DNA of 58,239 nucleotides from Chthoniobacteraceae bacterium (GCA_031409335.1 JANNWY010000136.1:1-58239); one strand, 5' to 3'. Counted from the stretch's first letter, positions 1-9,881 are shown. Notes: a model not told the origin generated them from the sequence alone. A program made the numbers and translations.

Positions 1-140
1 GAGATCTTCGCCTATATCGAATCTTACTACAACACCCATCGGAAACATTCCTCCTTGGGCTACCTTTCACCAGCTCAATTCGAGTCAAATCTCTCCCAAA
101 ACATCTAACTAAAAATGGTCCAGAAATCGGTTGCACCTCA
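1..140 (+). mobile_element. 3' end of an IS3-family insertion sequence (transposase C-terminus 1-108 plus right inverted repeat ending CA at 140)
   Basis: Frame 1 reads EIFAYIESYYNTHRKHSSLGYLSPAQFE then stops at 108, the typical IS3 OrfB C-terminal motif (YN..R.HS.LGY.SP). It is followed by ...tggtccagaaatcggttgcacctCA, matching the TG...CA ends of IS3 elements. Confidence 0.85.
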
Positions 141-538
141 CACATGTAGAAAGACAGATCCTCGAAAACATCCGGTCGCAGCTCGGCACTCACGAGGCAG
201 CCGCCAACCGGTTTCACCCCTACGTCGGGATGCACGAGTTCGAGGCCCTGCTCTTCAGTGAACCGGCAGCGGCGGCTCGGGGAATGGGACAGCCTCACCT
301 CGCGAACGAACTCCAAACGATTCGGAACGGCTTTCAGAATCCTGAAGAGATCAATGATTCGTATGAAACCGCGCCTGGAAAGCGATTGGAGCGGTTGTTT
401 GAAGGGCGCGGAATCGGACGTTTCGAGAAAGGCTTCATGGGACCACTGGCCGCATTGGAGGTCGGATTGGAAGCGATGCGTCAGCAATGCCCGCATTTTG
501 CAGAATGGATTGATCGTTTGGAGAACCTGCCGATCTGA
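141..538 (+). pseudogene. C-terminal part of a DUF4276-like protein, cut off from its 5' part by the IS3
   Basis: RFHPYVGMHEFEALLFS..., NPEEINDS.ETAPGKRL and GLEAMRQQCPHFAEW resemble the DUF4276 C-terminal half. The frame has no real start after the IS end. Confidence 0.7.
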
Positions 539-676
539 CAGCAATGACGCGCCATTCCCCTCAGAACCAAGTGTCCTTGGGCCGCTCTGCGCGAAATTTC
601 CATCTGCGGTGCTGCTGATGGTGCTGTAGAAGCATTAACCAAAAAGGTGCACGAAATTCTTGCCAACGGCGGAAAC

Positions 677-1012
677 ATGGACATTACTTTCGGCGACAAC
701 AAGCTTCTCAAATGCGCGAATGAGCAAAAATATGCCCGGAAAACGCTGGGGTCGCTACGAGCTGAAAAGCTCGAAAAGCGGCTCAAGGAACTCCGCGCCG
801 CGTCCGCCCTCGAAGATGTGAGGAATCTGCCTCAAGCCCGGTATCATGAGCTGACGGGGAATCGCAAAGGCCAGCTCGCCTGCAATCTCGATCACCCCTA
901 CCGCCTGATTTTCCTGCCGGGCAATAACCCGGTCCCCCGCAAACCTGATGGTGGGCTCGATTGGAGCCAAATCACCGCCATCGAAATCCTCGGAATCGAG
1001 GACTACCACTGA
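677..1012 (+). CDS. higB: HigB/RelE-family toxin (killer protein)
   Basis: MDITFGDNKL...RYHELTGNRKGQLACNLDHPYRLIF...IEDYH. The toxin precedes the antitoxin with a TGATG overlap. Confidence 0.85.
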   Translation: MDITFGDNKLLKCANEQKYARKTLGSLRAEKLEKRLKELRAASALEDVRNLPQARYHELTGNRKGQLACNLDHPYRLIFLPGNNPVPRKPDGGLDWSQITAIEILGIEDYH

Positions 1013-2115
1013 TGTCCACGCCCACAAAAAACCAATACCTCCCCGATTACGTCTCACCACCCGGCGAAACGATCCGTGAAACGATCGAGGCCGCGGGCAT
1101 GACGCAGAATGAATTCGCCACGCGCATGGGCATCACGCCGAAGACCGTGACCAAGCTGCTGCAAGGCGGCGCTCCGATTCGCCCCGACACGGCGCTCACT
1201 TTGGAAAAGGTGCTGAACGTGCCAGCGCGCTTTTGGAACAATCTCGAAGTGCAGTATCAGGAATACCTCGCCCGGAAGGAGGAGGCCGCGGAACTGGAGC
1301 AGCACGCCGAGTGGGCGACATCGTTCCCGTTCTCCGACATGGTGACGCTGGCTTACGTCAATGCGGTCAAGCCGCCGTGGCAGCGCGTTCGTGAGCTGTT
1401 GCAGTTCTTCGCGGTGAAGTCGCCGAAGGAGTGGGAAGTCGTTTGGGCCAAACCCGACGCTTGTTTCCGGCACTCGGCAGCGCTGAAAAGCAGCTCCCAT
1501 GCGCTCTCCGCATGGCTGCGCCAGGGCGAGCGGGGAGCGGCGGCGCTGGATCTTCCCGCCTACGATCCCACACGGTTTCAAAAAGCCGTGAGCGCCGTGC
1601 GCGAGTTGATCTGTGAGCCGGTGGAAACTTTCGAGCCGGAGATGATCCGGCTCTGCCGCGAGTCCGGCGTGGCGCTGCTTTTTGAAAAGCCGCTGCCCAA
1701 GGTGCGCGTGAGCGGAGCCTGCCGCTGGCTCGGTGATCGCCCCGTGATCCTGCTCAGCCTGCGCTACAAAACCGACGATCATTTCTGGTTCACGTTCTTC
1801 CACGAATCGAAGCACGTCCTGCAATGCGTGAAGAAGCGGCTCTTCGTGGATGTACCCGGCGAGGAACAAAATGACCCGAAGGAAAAAGACGCGAACAACT
1901 TCGCCAGATCGACGCTGATCCCGCAGGCGCGCTGGTCCGAGTTCATACAGGATCGCGAGTTCAGCGGCCCGGCGATTCAGTCCTTTGCCAAACAAGTCGG
2001 CATCACTCCTGGCATTGTCGTCGGGCAGCTTCAGTTCCTCAAAAAGCTCCGCTGGGAGACTACGTTAAACTCATTGAAGTGCCGTTTTGCGTGGGCCGAC
2101 GAAGCCGGGAACTAA
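1012..2115 (+). CDS. higA: HigA-family XRE-HTH antitoxin fused to an ImmA/IrrE-like metallopeptidase domain
   Basis: N-terminal PPGETIRE...MTQNEFATRMG...FWNNLE HTH; C-terminal WFTFFHESKH (HExxH) and E.DANNFA motifs. Confidence 0.85.
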   Translation: MSTPTKNQYLPDYVSPPGETIRETIEAAGMTQNEFATRMGITPKTVTKLLQGGAPIRPDTALTLEKVLNVPARFWNNLEVQYQEYLARKEEAAELEQHAEWATSFPFSDMVTLAYVNAVKPPWQRVRELLQFFAVKSPKEWEVVWAKPDACFRHSAALKSSSHALSAWLRQGERGAAALDLPAYDPTRFQKAVSAVRELICEPVETFEPEMIRLCRESGVALLFEKPLPKVRVSGACRWLGDRPVILLSLRYKTDDHFWFTFFHESKHVLQCVKKRLFVDVPGEEQNDPKEKDANNFARSTLIPQARWSEFIQDREFSGPAIQSFAKQVGITPGIVVGQLQFLKKLRWETTLNSLKCRFAWADEAGN

Positions 2116-2119
2116 GCAA

Positions 2120-5100
2120 ATGCCTCCCCGCCGCCGACCTGCCAATCAGGCCCCGCAGCTCCGCTTCGATCAAAAGCTGGTGCTGCAGCAGTGGCTTTTC
2201 CGGCTGCTCGGTGCGGATGATCTGCACGACCTGTGCGACCGGGATTTTCGCAAACCCGAGGCAGAAGGCTGGGACGCGGAAAACGTGTCGGTCTTCCATC
2301 ACCTCCTCGCGGCCCGGTGTGCGATGGCTCCGCTGCCCGACATGCCGACGGCGCTGCTGCGCGCCTACGACGAAAACATTTTCCGGCACACAACCTTCAT
2401 CAACCGGCGTCGCCCCGAGCCGCTGCGCTGGAAGTATTTTCAATACATCGCGCTGCTCTTCACGGAGATCTACCTCGACCACTACTTCCGCAATCCCGGC
2501 AAGCTGCTGAACGACCTGAACGCGCACGTCGCGGAGTTCAACATCAACAAGCTGGAGTTGGATCAGGTCGCACCATACCGGAAGGAGGATCTGCGAAAGC
2601 TGGCGCTCTGGCAGGCGACGGGCAGCGGCAAGACGCTGCTCATGCACATGCACATTCGCCAATACCTGCACTACCTCGAAAAGGCGGGACGGCGGACCGA
2701 GTTGAACAAGATCATCCTGCTGACGCCGAAGGAGGGCTTGTCGCGGCAGCATCTCGCGGAGTTCACGGCTTCCGGCATCGACGCGGAGCTTTTCGACAAG
2801 GACGGCGATGGGCAGCGAACGATGTTCTCCGGCCAGCTCGTCGAGATCATCGACGTGAATAAGCTTTCGGATGAGTCGAAGGAGAAGACCGTGGCCGTGG
2901 AGAGTTTTGAGGGGAACAACCTCGTGCTCGTGGACGAAGGACACCGCGGTTCATCGGGCGAAGAATGGATGCGCCGCCGGGACGCGCTCTGCGCACAGGG
3001 TTTTTCGTTCGAGTATTCCGCCACCTTCGGCCAGGCGGTGAAGGCGGCGAAGGATCGGGTGATGGAGGGGAATTACGCCCGCTGGGTGCTCTTCGATTAC
3101 AGCTACCGGCATTTCCACGGCGACGGCTACGGGAAGCATTACCGCATCTTCAATCTGAAGAAGGAATTCACGCAGGAGCAACGGACGCTCTACCTCACCG
3201 CCGCTCTGCTTTCGTTCTACCAACAGCTCCGGGTCTTCAACGATCACGGGAAGGAATTCGTGACCTACAATGTCGAGCGGCCGTTGTGGGTGTTCTTCGG
3301 CGCGAGCGTGAATGAGGTGCGGACTGAACACGGGAAGGAAGTCTCCGACATTCTCAGCGTGCTGCTCTTCTTCGCGGATTTTGTGAAGGACCGGGCGGAT
3401 TCCATCCGGCGGCTCAATGCGCTGCTCACCGGGCAGGATGGCCTGCTCGGTCGCTCGAATGAAAGGCTTTTCGCCAGGGGGTTCGAGTATCTGGCTTCAA
3501 CGCTGAAGATGACCGGCATCACGGTCTTCGATGACATTCTGAGGACGCTCTTTAACGCCGGCACCGGCGGCATCCTGCACGTCCGCAATCTCAAGGGAGC
3601 GGACGGCGAATTGAGTCTTAGCCTGGGCGAGAACGAACCGTTCGGTGTCATCAACGTGGGCGATGAGGGCAAGCTCTACAAACTGTGTGAGCGGCATCGC
3701 GAAAGTATCGCGACGTCGGAGCATGAGTTTGCGCGCTCGCTCTTCGATGTTCTCTCGCGGGGCGATTCCCGCATCCATGTGCTGCTCGGCTCGAAGAAAT
3801 TCACGGAGGGGTGGAATAGCTGGCGCGTGACGAGCATCGGCCTGATGAACTTGGGCAAATCAGAAGGCTCGGAGATCATTCAGCTCTTCGGGCGCGGCGT
3901 CCGCCTGAAAGGCTGGAACATGACGCTCAAGCGCAGCGACCGGCTCGATAACCTCAACCCGCCGCGTTTCCTCAAACTGGTCGAGACGCTCGATGTTTTC
4001 GGCGTGCGGGCGGATTACATGGAGAGGTTCCGTGAGTATCTCGAAACCGAGGGTGTGCAGACGGAACTCGAATGGGTCGAAATACCGGTGCCCGCACTGC
4101 CCACTCTCAAGGATCTCGCAGGCAAAAAGCTCAAGACCATCCGCGTGCCGGAAAACCTCGATTACAAGCGCGATGCGCCGCGCGCGACGCTCGATCCTGA
4201 AAGGGAGTTTTGCGAGCGGCATCCGGTGCGCGTGAATTGGTATCCGCGGATCGAAGCGATGAAGGCGAGCGGGCTGAGGGGGATCGACCCCACGGGCACC
4301 ATCAACGAATCTCCCTTGGGTCCGCGGCAGCTTGCATTCCTCGACCATGAGCGTCTTTGGCGGCACCTGCAGCAGTTCAAGACAGAGCGTGGGTTCTTCA
4401 ACCTCCGACTGCAACGTAGCGACGTGGATGAGCTGTTTGCAGATTCGTATTGGTATCGTCTCGCGATCCCCAAGGAGGAGCTGGAGTTCACGCACTTCGA
4501 CCGCATCCGCGTCTGGCAGCAAATCGCCGAAGCTCTCGTCACCGGCTACTGCGAGCGCCTCTACAAATACCGAAAGCAGGAATGGGAATCGAAGCACGCC
4601 GAGGTGGAGCTACTCGACGAGAACGATCCGAATTTTTTCCCGGAATACATCTTTCAGGTCGAGAAATCGGAGGAGGCGCTCATTGAGCAAATCACGGATC
4701 TCGCGGCTAAAGTCGCCGCCGGAAACCTACGGGAGGTTTCGTTCAACGCGATCAAGGCACTGCGCTGGGACCCGCATCTCTACCAGCCGCTCATTCACAT
4801 TTCCGGGACAACGATGGTCGAGCTTTCACCCGTTGAATTGAACGTCGGCGAGTGGGACTTCATCGCGCACCTGCGCAAATTCCACGGTGAGAAAGCGGCG
4901 TTCTTCGCGGACAAAGAATTCTACCTGCTGCGCAATCGCAGCAAGAAAGGCATCGGCTTTTTTGAGGCGGGCAACTTCTACCCGGACTTCATCGTCTGGC
5001 TCCTCCACGCCGGTCAGCAATACGTGACCTTCGTCGATCCGAAAGGGCTGCTGCACACGCAGGGCTTCGACGACCCGAAGATCGCTTTTCACGAGCGGAT

Positions 5101-5326
5101 CAAGGAGCTGGAAACCCGCCTGCGCTCGTCCACGCCGGACTTGGTGCTGAATTCGTTCATCCTATCCGCCACGTCGTTCCGGCAGATTCACTGGTGGGAC
5201 AAACTCAAGACGCAGAAGGATTTTGAGGAGCGCCACATCCTGTTTCAAACGGATGATGCCGAGGGTTACATCGGCAAGATGTTTGCCGGGATCATCGCCC
5301 GCGGGTCTCCGGCCACGGCGGCGTGA
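2120..5326 (+). CDS. Type III restriction enzyme Res subunit (SF2 helicase + PD-(D/E)XK nuclease)
   Basis: Walker A ATGSGKT, DEGH, YSAT, KFTEGW, QLFGRGVR; C-terminal FYPDFIVW...FVDPKG. Confidence 0.85.
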   Translation: MPPRRRPANQAPQLRFDQKLVLQQWLFRLLGADDLHDLCDRDFRKPEAEGWDAENVSVFHHLLAARCAMAPLPDMPTALLRAYDENIFRHTTFINRRRPEPLRWKYFQYIALLFTEIYLDHYFRNPGKLLNDLNAHVAEFNINKLELDQVAPYRKEDLRKLALWQATGSGKTLLMHMHIRQYLHYLEKAGRRTELNKIILLTPKEGLSRQHLAEFTASGIDAELFDKDGDGQRTMFSGQLVEIIDVNKLSDESKEKTVAVESFEGNNLVLVDEGHRGSSGEEWMRRRDALCAQGFSFEYSATFGQAVKAAKDRVMEGNYARWVLFDYSYRHFHGDGYGKHYRIFNLKKEFTQEQRTLYLTAALLSFYQQLRVFNDHGKEFVTYNVERPLWVFFGASVNEVRTEHGKEVSDILSVLLFFADFVKDRADSIRRLNALLTGQDGLLGRSNERLFARGFEYLASTLKMTGITVFDDILRTLFNAGTGGILHVRNLKGADGELSLSLGENEPFGVINVGDEGKLYKLCERHRESIATSEHEFARSLFDVLSRGDSRIHVLLGSKKFTEGWNSWRVTSIGLMNLGKSEGSEIIQLFGRGVRLKGWNMTLKRSDRLDNLNPPRFLKLVETLDVFGVRADYMERFREYLETEGVQTELEWVEIPVPALPTLKDLAGKKLKTIRVPENLDYKRDAPRATLDPEREFCERHPVRVNWYPRIEAMKASGLRGIDPTGTINESPLGPRQLAFLDHERLWRHLQQFKTERGFFNLRLQRSDVDELFADSYWYRLAIPKEELEFTHFDRIRVWQQIAEALVTGYCERLYKYRKQEWESKHAEVELLDENDPNFFPEYIFQVEKSEEALIEQITDLAAKVAAGNLREVSFNAIKALRWDPHLYQPLIHISGTTMVELSPVELNVGEWDFIAHLRKFHGEKAAFFADKEFYLLRNRSKKGIGFFEAGNFYPDFIVWLLHAGQQYVTFVDPKGLLHTQGFDDPKIAFHERIKELETRLRSSTPDLVLNSFILSATSFRQIHWWDKLKTQKDFEERHILFQTDDAEGYIGKMFAGIIARGSPATAA

Positions 5327-5459
5327 CCGATCGCGTTTCCCCCAGGCCCGACCACCCCGGCCTCGTGAAAAGCCGTCAGCCGGTTTTCGGGAATTCGATT
5401 CGGGACAACGAGCGGCAGAGGCCAGTTTTTTTCCACCTTCGCACCAGGACCGCCGCGCG

Positions 5460-5465
5460 TATAAT
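5460..5465 (+). promoter_or_regulatory. Putative -10 box (TATAAT) of dnaE, implying a very short leader
   Basis: Perfect TATAAT 9 nt before ATG 5475, with TTCGCA 16 nt upstream; no Shine-Dalgarno. Confidence 0.5.
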
Positions 5466-5474
5466 TCCGGCTTC

Positions 5475-8400
5475 ATGTCCGCCGACTCCTTCATCCACCT
5501 GCATCTTCACACGGAATATTCGACGCTCGATGGGGCGAATCGGATTCCGGATGTGTTTAAGATGGCGAAGGAATTTGGGATGCCAGCGGTCGCGATCACC
5601 GATCACGGGAATCTGTTCGGGGCGGTGGAGTGGTTGCAGGAGGGCGCGAAGCAAGGCGTGAAGCCGATCGTGGGGTGCGAGGTGTATATGGCGCCGGGGT
5701 CGCTCTTTGAGAAAAAGGGGATGTCGCAGCGGGATTCGTCGTTCCACTTCACGCTCCTGGCGGAGAACGAGGAGGGCTACCGCAATCTCGTGAAGCTGGT
5801 GTCGATCGCGCATCTCGACGGGATGTATTACAAGCCGCGCATCGATCACGATCACCTCGCGAAATTTTCGCGCGGGCTGATCGGGATGAGCGCGTGTTTG
5901 AAGGGCGAGGTCGCGATGGCGATTCATCAGGATGACGACTACGCGAAGGCGAAAAAGATCGCGGGGATGTATCGCGAGATTTTGGGGAAGGAGAATTTTT
6001 TCCTCGAAATGCACGACCACGGGATGGATGCGCAGCGGAAGGTGAATGCGGTGATGCCGCGGCTGGCGCAGGATCTCGGGCTCGGGCTGGTGGCGGCGAA
6101 CGATGTGCATTTTCTCCGGCGGGAAGATCACGCGGCGCATGATGCGCTGATCTGCATCGGCACGGGATCGAACATCACGGACGAGCGGCGGCTGCGTTAC
6201 GTGCCGGAGTTGTATTTCAAATCGCCCGCGGAGATGCGCGCGCTCTTTGCGGATCATCCCGAGTCATGCGACAACACGCTCGCGATCGCGGAACGCTGCG
6301 GTTTCACGCTCGATACGACGCCGAAGTATCCGCACTACACGCCGCCGGAAGGGAAGACGCAGAACGAGTATTTGCGCGAACTCACCGAGGCGGGATTGCG
6401 CCGCCGATACGGCGCGGATGCGGACGGCGAGGTGGTGCAAAAGCGTTACGCGCTGGAGATCGCGGTGCTCGAGGCGCAGGGCTTCGTGAACTACTTCCTG
6501 ATCGTCTGGGATTTCATCCACTGGGCGCGGGAGCACGGCATCCCCGTCGGCCCGGGACGCGGCTCGGCGGCGGGCTCGATGGTCGCGTATGCGATGGGCA
6601 TCACCGACATCGACCCGATCAAATTCAAGCTGCTCTTCGAGCGCTTCCTGAATCCGGAGCGCGTCTCGCCGCCGGACATCGACGTGGACTTTTGCCAGAA
6701 CCGCCGCGGCGAGGTGATCGACTCCGTGAAGGTGACATACGGCGAGCGCGCGGTGTCGCAGATCATCACCTTTGGCACGCTCGGCGCGAAATCCGTCATC
6801 CGCGATGTCGGTCGCGTGCTGGGCTGGGGCTACGGCGACGCGGATCGCGTGGCGAAGATGATCCCGCTCGAACTCGGCATCACGCTTGCCGGATTCGACA
6901 AGAAGAACAAGGAGACTGGCGCGGTGGAGCATGTCGGCGGGGCGATCGACAAAAATCCTGAGTTGAAAAAGGCGGTCGAGACGGAGCCGGCCACGGCGGC
7001 GCTGTGGGAGATCGCGACGAAGCTCGAAGGGCTGACGCGCAATGTCGGCGTCCACGCGGCGGGCGTGGTGATCAGCGACCGCGATCTTTCGGAATACATC
7101 CCGCTCACCCGCGCAAACGACGGCTCGATCGTGTCGCAATACGCGATGGGGCCGCTCGGCGATGTCGGGATGTTGAAGTGCGATTTCCTCGGGTTGAAGA
7201 CGCTCACCGTCATCACCGACGCGCTGGTGCTCATCCACGCGCACACGCCCGGCTTCGATATCGACACCATCCCGCTCGATGATCAGCCGACCTTTGACAT
7301 GCTGAATCGCGGTGAAACCATCGCGGTTTTCCAACTGGAATCCGGCGGCATGGTCGGCGTCTGCAAGCAGTTCGACATCTCGGACATCGAGGACATCAAC
7401 GCGATCCTGGCGCTTTATCGGCCCGGCCCGATGGACCTAATCCCCGACTACATCAAGCGCAAGAAAGGCACGCAGAAGATCAAGTATCTGCATCCGATCC
7501 TCGCCGAGGTGTGCTCGGAAACTTACGGCATTTTCGTCTATCAGGAGCAGGTCATGCGCGCCGCGCAGGTGGTCGGTGGATACACGCTCGGCGGCGCGGA
7601 TTTGCTGCGGCGCGCGATGGGGAAAAAGGACAAGGAGAAGATGGCGAAGGAGCGCGAGAAATTCGTAGAGGGCGCGGGCAAGCTGCACCAGATCAAGCCC
7701 GACACGGCGAACGAAATCTTCGACTTGCTCGATAAATTCGCGGGCTACGGCTTCAACCGTTCGCATTCGGCGGCGTATGCGTGGATCAGCTATCAGACGG
7801 CGTATTTGAAGGCGAACTATCCCGTGGAGTTCATGGCGGCGGTGATGAGCAACGAGATTTCCAACACGGACAAGATCAGCATTTTTGTGAGCGAATGTGA
7901 GCGGATGGGCATCGCGATTCTCGCGCCGGATGTGAACAAATCGGGGCTGAAGTTTTCGCCCGAGGAAGTCAGCGCGGAAGGCATCGCTGCGGCGAGGGAA
8001 GCGCGGAAGAAGAAGGAGGTGGAGACGGACGCGCCGGTCGAGGAGGAGACGGTGCGGTTTGAGGACCTGCCGTCGGCTGAACATCGAACATCGAACGTCG
8101 AACATCGAACATCGAACGCGGAGCGGATTCACATTGGCTCGATTCGATACGGGTTGGCGGCGATCAAGAACGTCGGTGAAGTCGCGATGGAGGCGGCGAT
8201 CGCGGAGCGCGGGAAAGCCGGGGAATTCAAGTCGCTGGAAGATTTTTGCGCGCGCGTGGATTCCAAAAAGAACAACAAGAAGGCCGTCGAATGCCTCGTG
8301 AAATGCGGCGCGTTCGACTTTCTTGGCGAGGAGCGCGCGCAGTTGCATTCCGAGATCGACGTCGCCATGGCCGCAGCCGCCAGCGCGCATCGCGATCGCG

Positions 8401-9098
8401 CGTCGGGGCAGATTTCGATGTTCGATGATTTCGCCGCCGCCGCGCCGCCCGCCGCGAAACGCGCTTCCGCAAGAGTCCCGCCGTGGAGCCACACCGAGAA
8501 GCTCGCGTTTGAAAAAGAGCTACTCGGCTTTTACGTGACCGGCCATCCGCTCGACGAATACCGCGCCGCGCTCGCGAAATACACACCGATCGCCGACCTC
8601 GCCGCGCAGGAGGACAAAGACACCGTGACCATCGCCGGCGCGCTCGCCAGCGTGGAAAGGAAGTTCACGAAGAAAGACTCCAAGCCGTTTGGCGTCGTCG
8701 TGCTCGAAGACCTCAGCGCCTCACTCGAAGTGATGATCTGGAACGAGACCTTCACCAAATCCGTCGCGCACCTCGAAGCCGGCAATGTCGTCGCCATCAC
8801 CGGCCGGCTCGACCTTCGCGAAGAAGGCCCGCGCGTTACCGCGAATGAAGTGCGGCCCATCAAAAAACCCGCGCCGACGAATGCGCCGGTCGTGCTCAAA
8901 TTCGAGCGGCGCGACACCACGGAGGCGGACCTCGTTTTTGTAAAAAACACGCTGGCGGCCAGCCCTGGTGAGCGTCGCGTGGAGTTGGTTTTTGTCGGTG
9001 AAGGCGGCAGGCGGTTGCGGATGACGACCGACGCCGGGCTGACGGTGAATTTCAGCAAGGAGCTGGAAGGTCACCTCGCCCGATGGATTCAGCGTTGA
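5475..9098 (+). CDS. dnaE: DNA polymerase III alpha subunit
   Basis: PHP motif FIHLHLHTEYS, ITDHGN, GPGRGSAAGS, PPDIDVDF, GYGFNRSH, EKELLGFYVTGHPL and an OB fold. Confidence 0.98.
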   Translation: MSADSFIHLHLHTEYSTLDGANRIPDVFKMAKEFGMPAVAITDHGNLFGAVEWLQEGAKQGVKPIVGCEVYMAPGSLFEKKGMSQRDSSFHFTLLAENEEGYRNLVKLVSIAHLDGMYYKPRIDHDHLAKFSRGLIGMSACLKGEVAMAIHQDDDYAKAKKIAGMYREILGKENFFLEMHDHGMDAQRKVNAVMPRLAQDLGLGLVAANDVHFLRREDHAAHDALICIGTGSNITDERRLRYVPELYFKSPAEMRALFADHPESCDNTLAIAERCGFTLDTTPKYPHYTPPEGKTQNEYLRELTEAGLRRRYGADADGEVVQKRYALEIAVLEAQGFVNYFLIVWDFIHWAREHGIPVGPGRGSAAGSMVAYAMGITDIDPIKFKLLFERFLNPERVSPPDIDVDFCQNRRGEVIDSVKVTYGERAVSQIITFGTLGAKSVIRDVGRVLGWGYGDADRVAKMIPLELGITLAGFDKKNKETGAVEHVGGAIDKNPELKKAVETEPATAALWEIATKLEGLTRNVGVHAAGVVISDRDLSEYIPLTRANDGSIVSQYAMGPLGDVGMLKCDFLGLKTLTVITDALVLIHAHTPGFDIDTIPLDDQPTFDMLNRGETIAVFQLESGGMVGVCKQFDISDIEDINAILALYRPGPMDLIPDYIKRKKGTQKIKYLHPILAEVCSETYGIFVYQEQVMRAAQVVGGYTLGGADLLRRAMGKKDKEKMAKEREKFVEGAGKLHQIKPDTANEIFDLLDKFAGYGFNRSHSAAYAWISYQTAYLKANYPVEFMAAVMSNEISNTDKISIFVSECERMGIAILAPDVNKSGLKFSPEEVSAEGIAAAREARKKKEVETDAPVEEETVRFEDLPSAEHRTSNVEHRTSNAERIHIGSIRYGLAAIKNVGEVAMEAAIAERGKAGEFKSLEDFCARVDSKKNNKKAVECLVKCGAFDFLGEERAQLHSEIDVAMAAAASAHRDRASGQISMFDDFAAAAPPAAKRASARVPPWSHTEKLAFEKELLGFYVTGHPLDEYRAALAKYTPIADLAAQEDKDTVTIAGALASVERKFTKKDSKPFGVVVLEDLSASLEVMIWNETFTKSVAHLEAGNVVAITGRLDLREEGPRVTANEVRPIKKPAPTNAPVVLKFERRDTTEADLVFVKNTLAASPGERRVELVFVGEGGRRLRMTTDAGLTVNFSKELEGHLARWIQR
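8079..8120 (+). repeat. Six tandem heptamers (GAACATC consensus) in frame inside dnaE
   Basis: gaacatc gaacatc gaacgtc gaacatc gaacatc gaacgcg = 42 bp, encoding EHRTSNVEHRTSNA. Confidence 0.9.
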
Positions 9099-9151
9099 GC
9101 CGAAATTCCGCGCTTGCGCTCGCGCGCCGGGATGATGATGAACCAAAGCAT

Positions 9152-9643
9152 ATGCAACTGACCGACGCACAGAAACAGCAAGTCATCCGATGGATCGCCG
9201 AAGGGCAAAAGCTCGCCGACGTGCAGCGCCGCCTCGCCGATGAATTCGATATCCGCCTGACTTATATGGAGGCGCGTTTTCTCATCGACGATCTCCAGCT
9301 CACGCCGCAGGACCCGCCGGAGCCGGCCAAATCGCCGATCACCGCCGCAACGCCCGCGCCTGCGAGCACCACTGCCGGCGCGACGAGTCCGCTGCTTACC
9401 GATCCCGACGCGCCGGTTCCCGCGACTGGCGGGGTTGTGTTGAAAGTGGACGAGATCATGAAGCCCGGCACCATCGTCAGCGGCGGCGTCACTTTCAGCG
9501 ACGGCGGAAAGGCGGCGTGGCACCTCGACCAGACGGGCCGTCTCGGCATGAATCCCGAGCAACCTGGATATCGCCCGCCTGAACCAGACATCGAGGCATT
9601 CCAGATCGCGCTCGACAAGGAACTCACGCGCCTCGGCATTTAA
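9152..9643 (+). CDS. Hypothetical protein, copy 1 (163 aa)
   Basis: Open ORF directly after dnaE; near-identical paralog at 10698-11168. Confidence 0.85.
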   Translation: MQLTDAQKQQVIRWIAEGQKLADVQRRLADEFDIRLTYMEARFLIDDLQLTPQDPPEPAKSPITAATPAPASTTAGATSPLLTDPDAPVPATGGVVLKVDEIMKPGTIVSGGVTFSDGGKAAWHLDQTGRLGMNPEQPGYRPPEPDIEAFQIALDKELTRLGI

Positions 9644-9811
9644 GAGCCTGTTGAAAAACCTCGGTGCGGGCTCCTGATCCTGCTCTTGCTCCTGATCGTG
9701 ATCTTGATTTGAGGAATCGTTACTATGTGAAACGGAGGAGCAAGATCAAGAGCAGGAGCACGAGCAGGAATCCGGAGTCGGGATCCGCGACTTCTTCAAC
9801 AGTCTGCTAAG
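9641..9811. mobile_element. MITE-like element with terminal inverted repeats and internal inverted hexamer arrays
   Basis: Left agcctgttgaaaaa (9645-9658) and right ttcttcaacagtct (9792-9805) match 12/14 as an inverted repeat, with TAAG on both flanks. Internal ctcctg/atcctg/ctcttg repeats pair with caagat/caagag/caggag repeats. Confidence 0.7.
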
Positions 9812-9881
9812 AGACAGGCCGATTGCGCGGCTGCCTTCTGCATTGTTTCCAATCCGCAAATCGGGCACACTGATCCTCGCC

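Noticed and set aside
5223..5474. Extended N-terminus of DnaE in the ORF track
   Set aside because: Overlaps res and the promoter region; the PHP motif begins right after ATG 5475.
5475..9098. Possible intein in DnaE
   Set aside because: The insertions are short and show no C/S...HN-C splice motifs or homing endonuclease.
9671..9770. Short repeats as a possible CRISPR array
   Set aside because: Period 6 with no unique spacers; no cas genes or repeat-spacer structure anywhere in the window.
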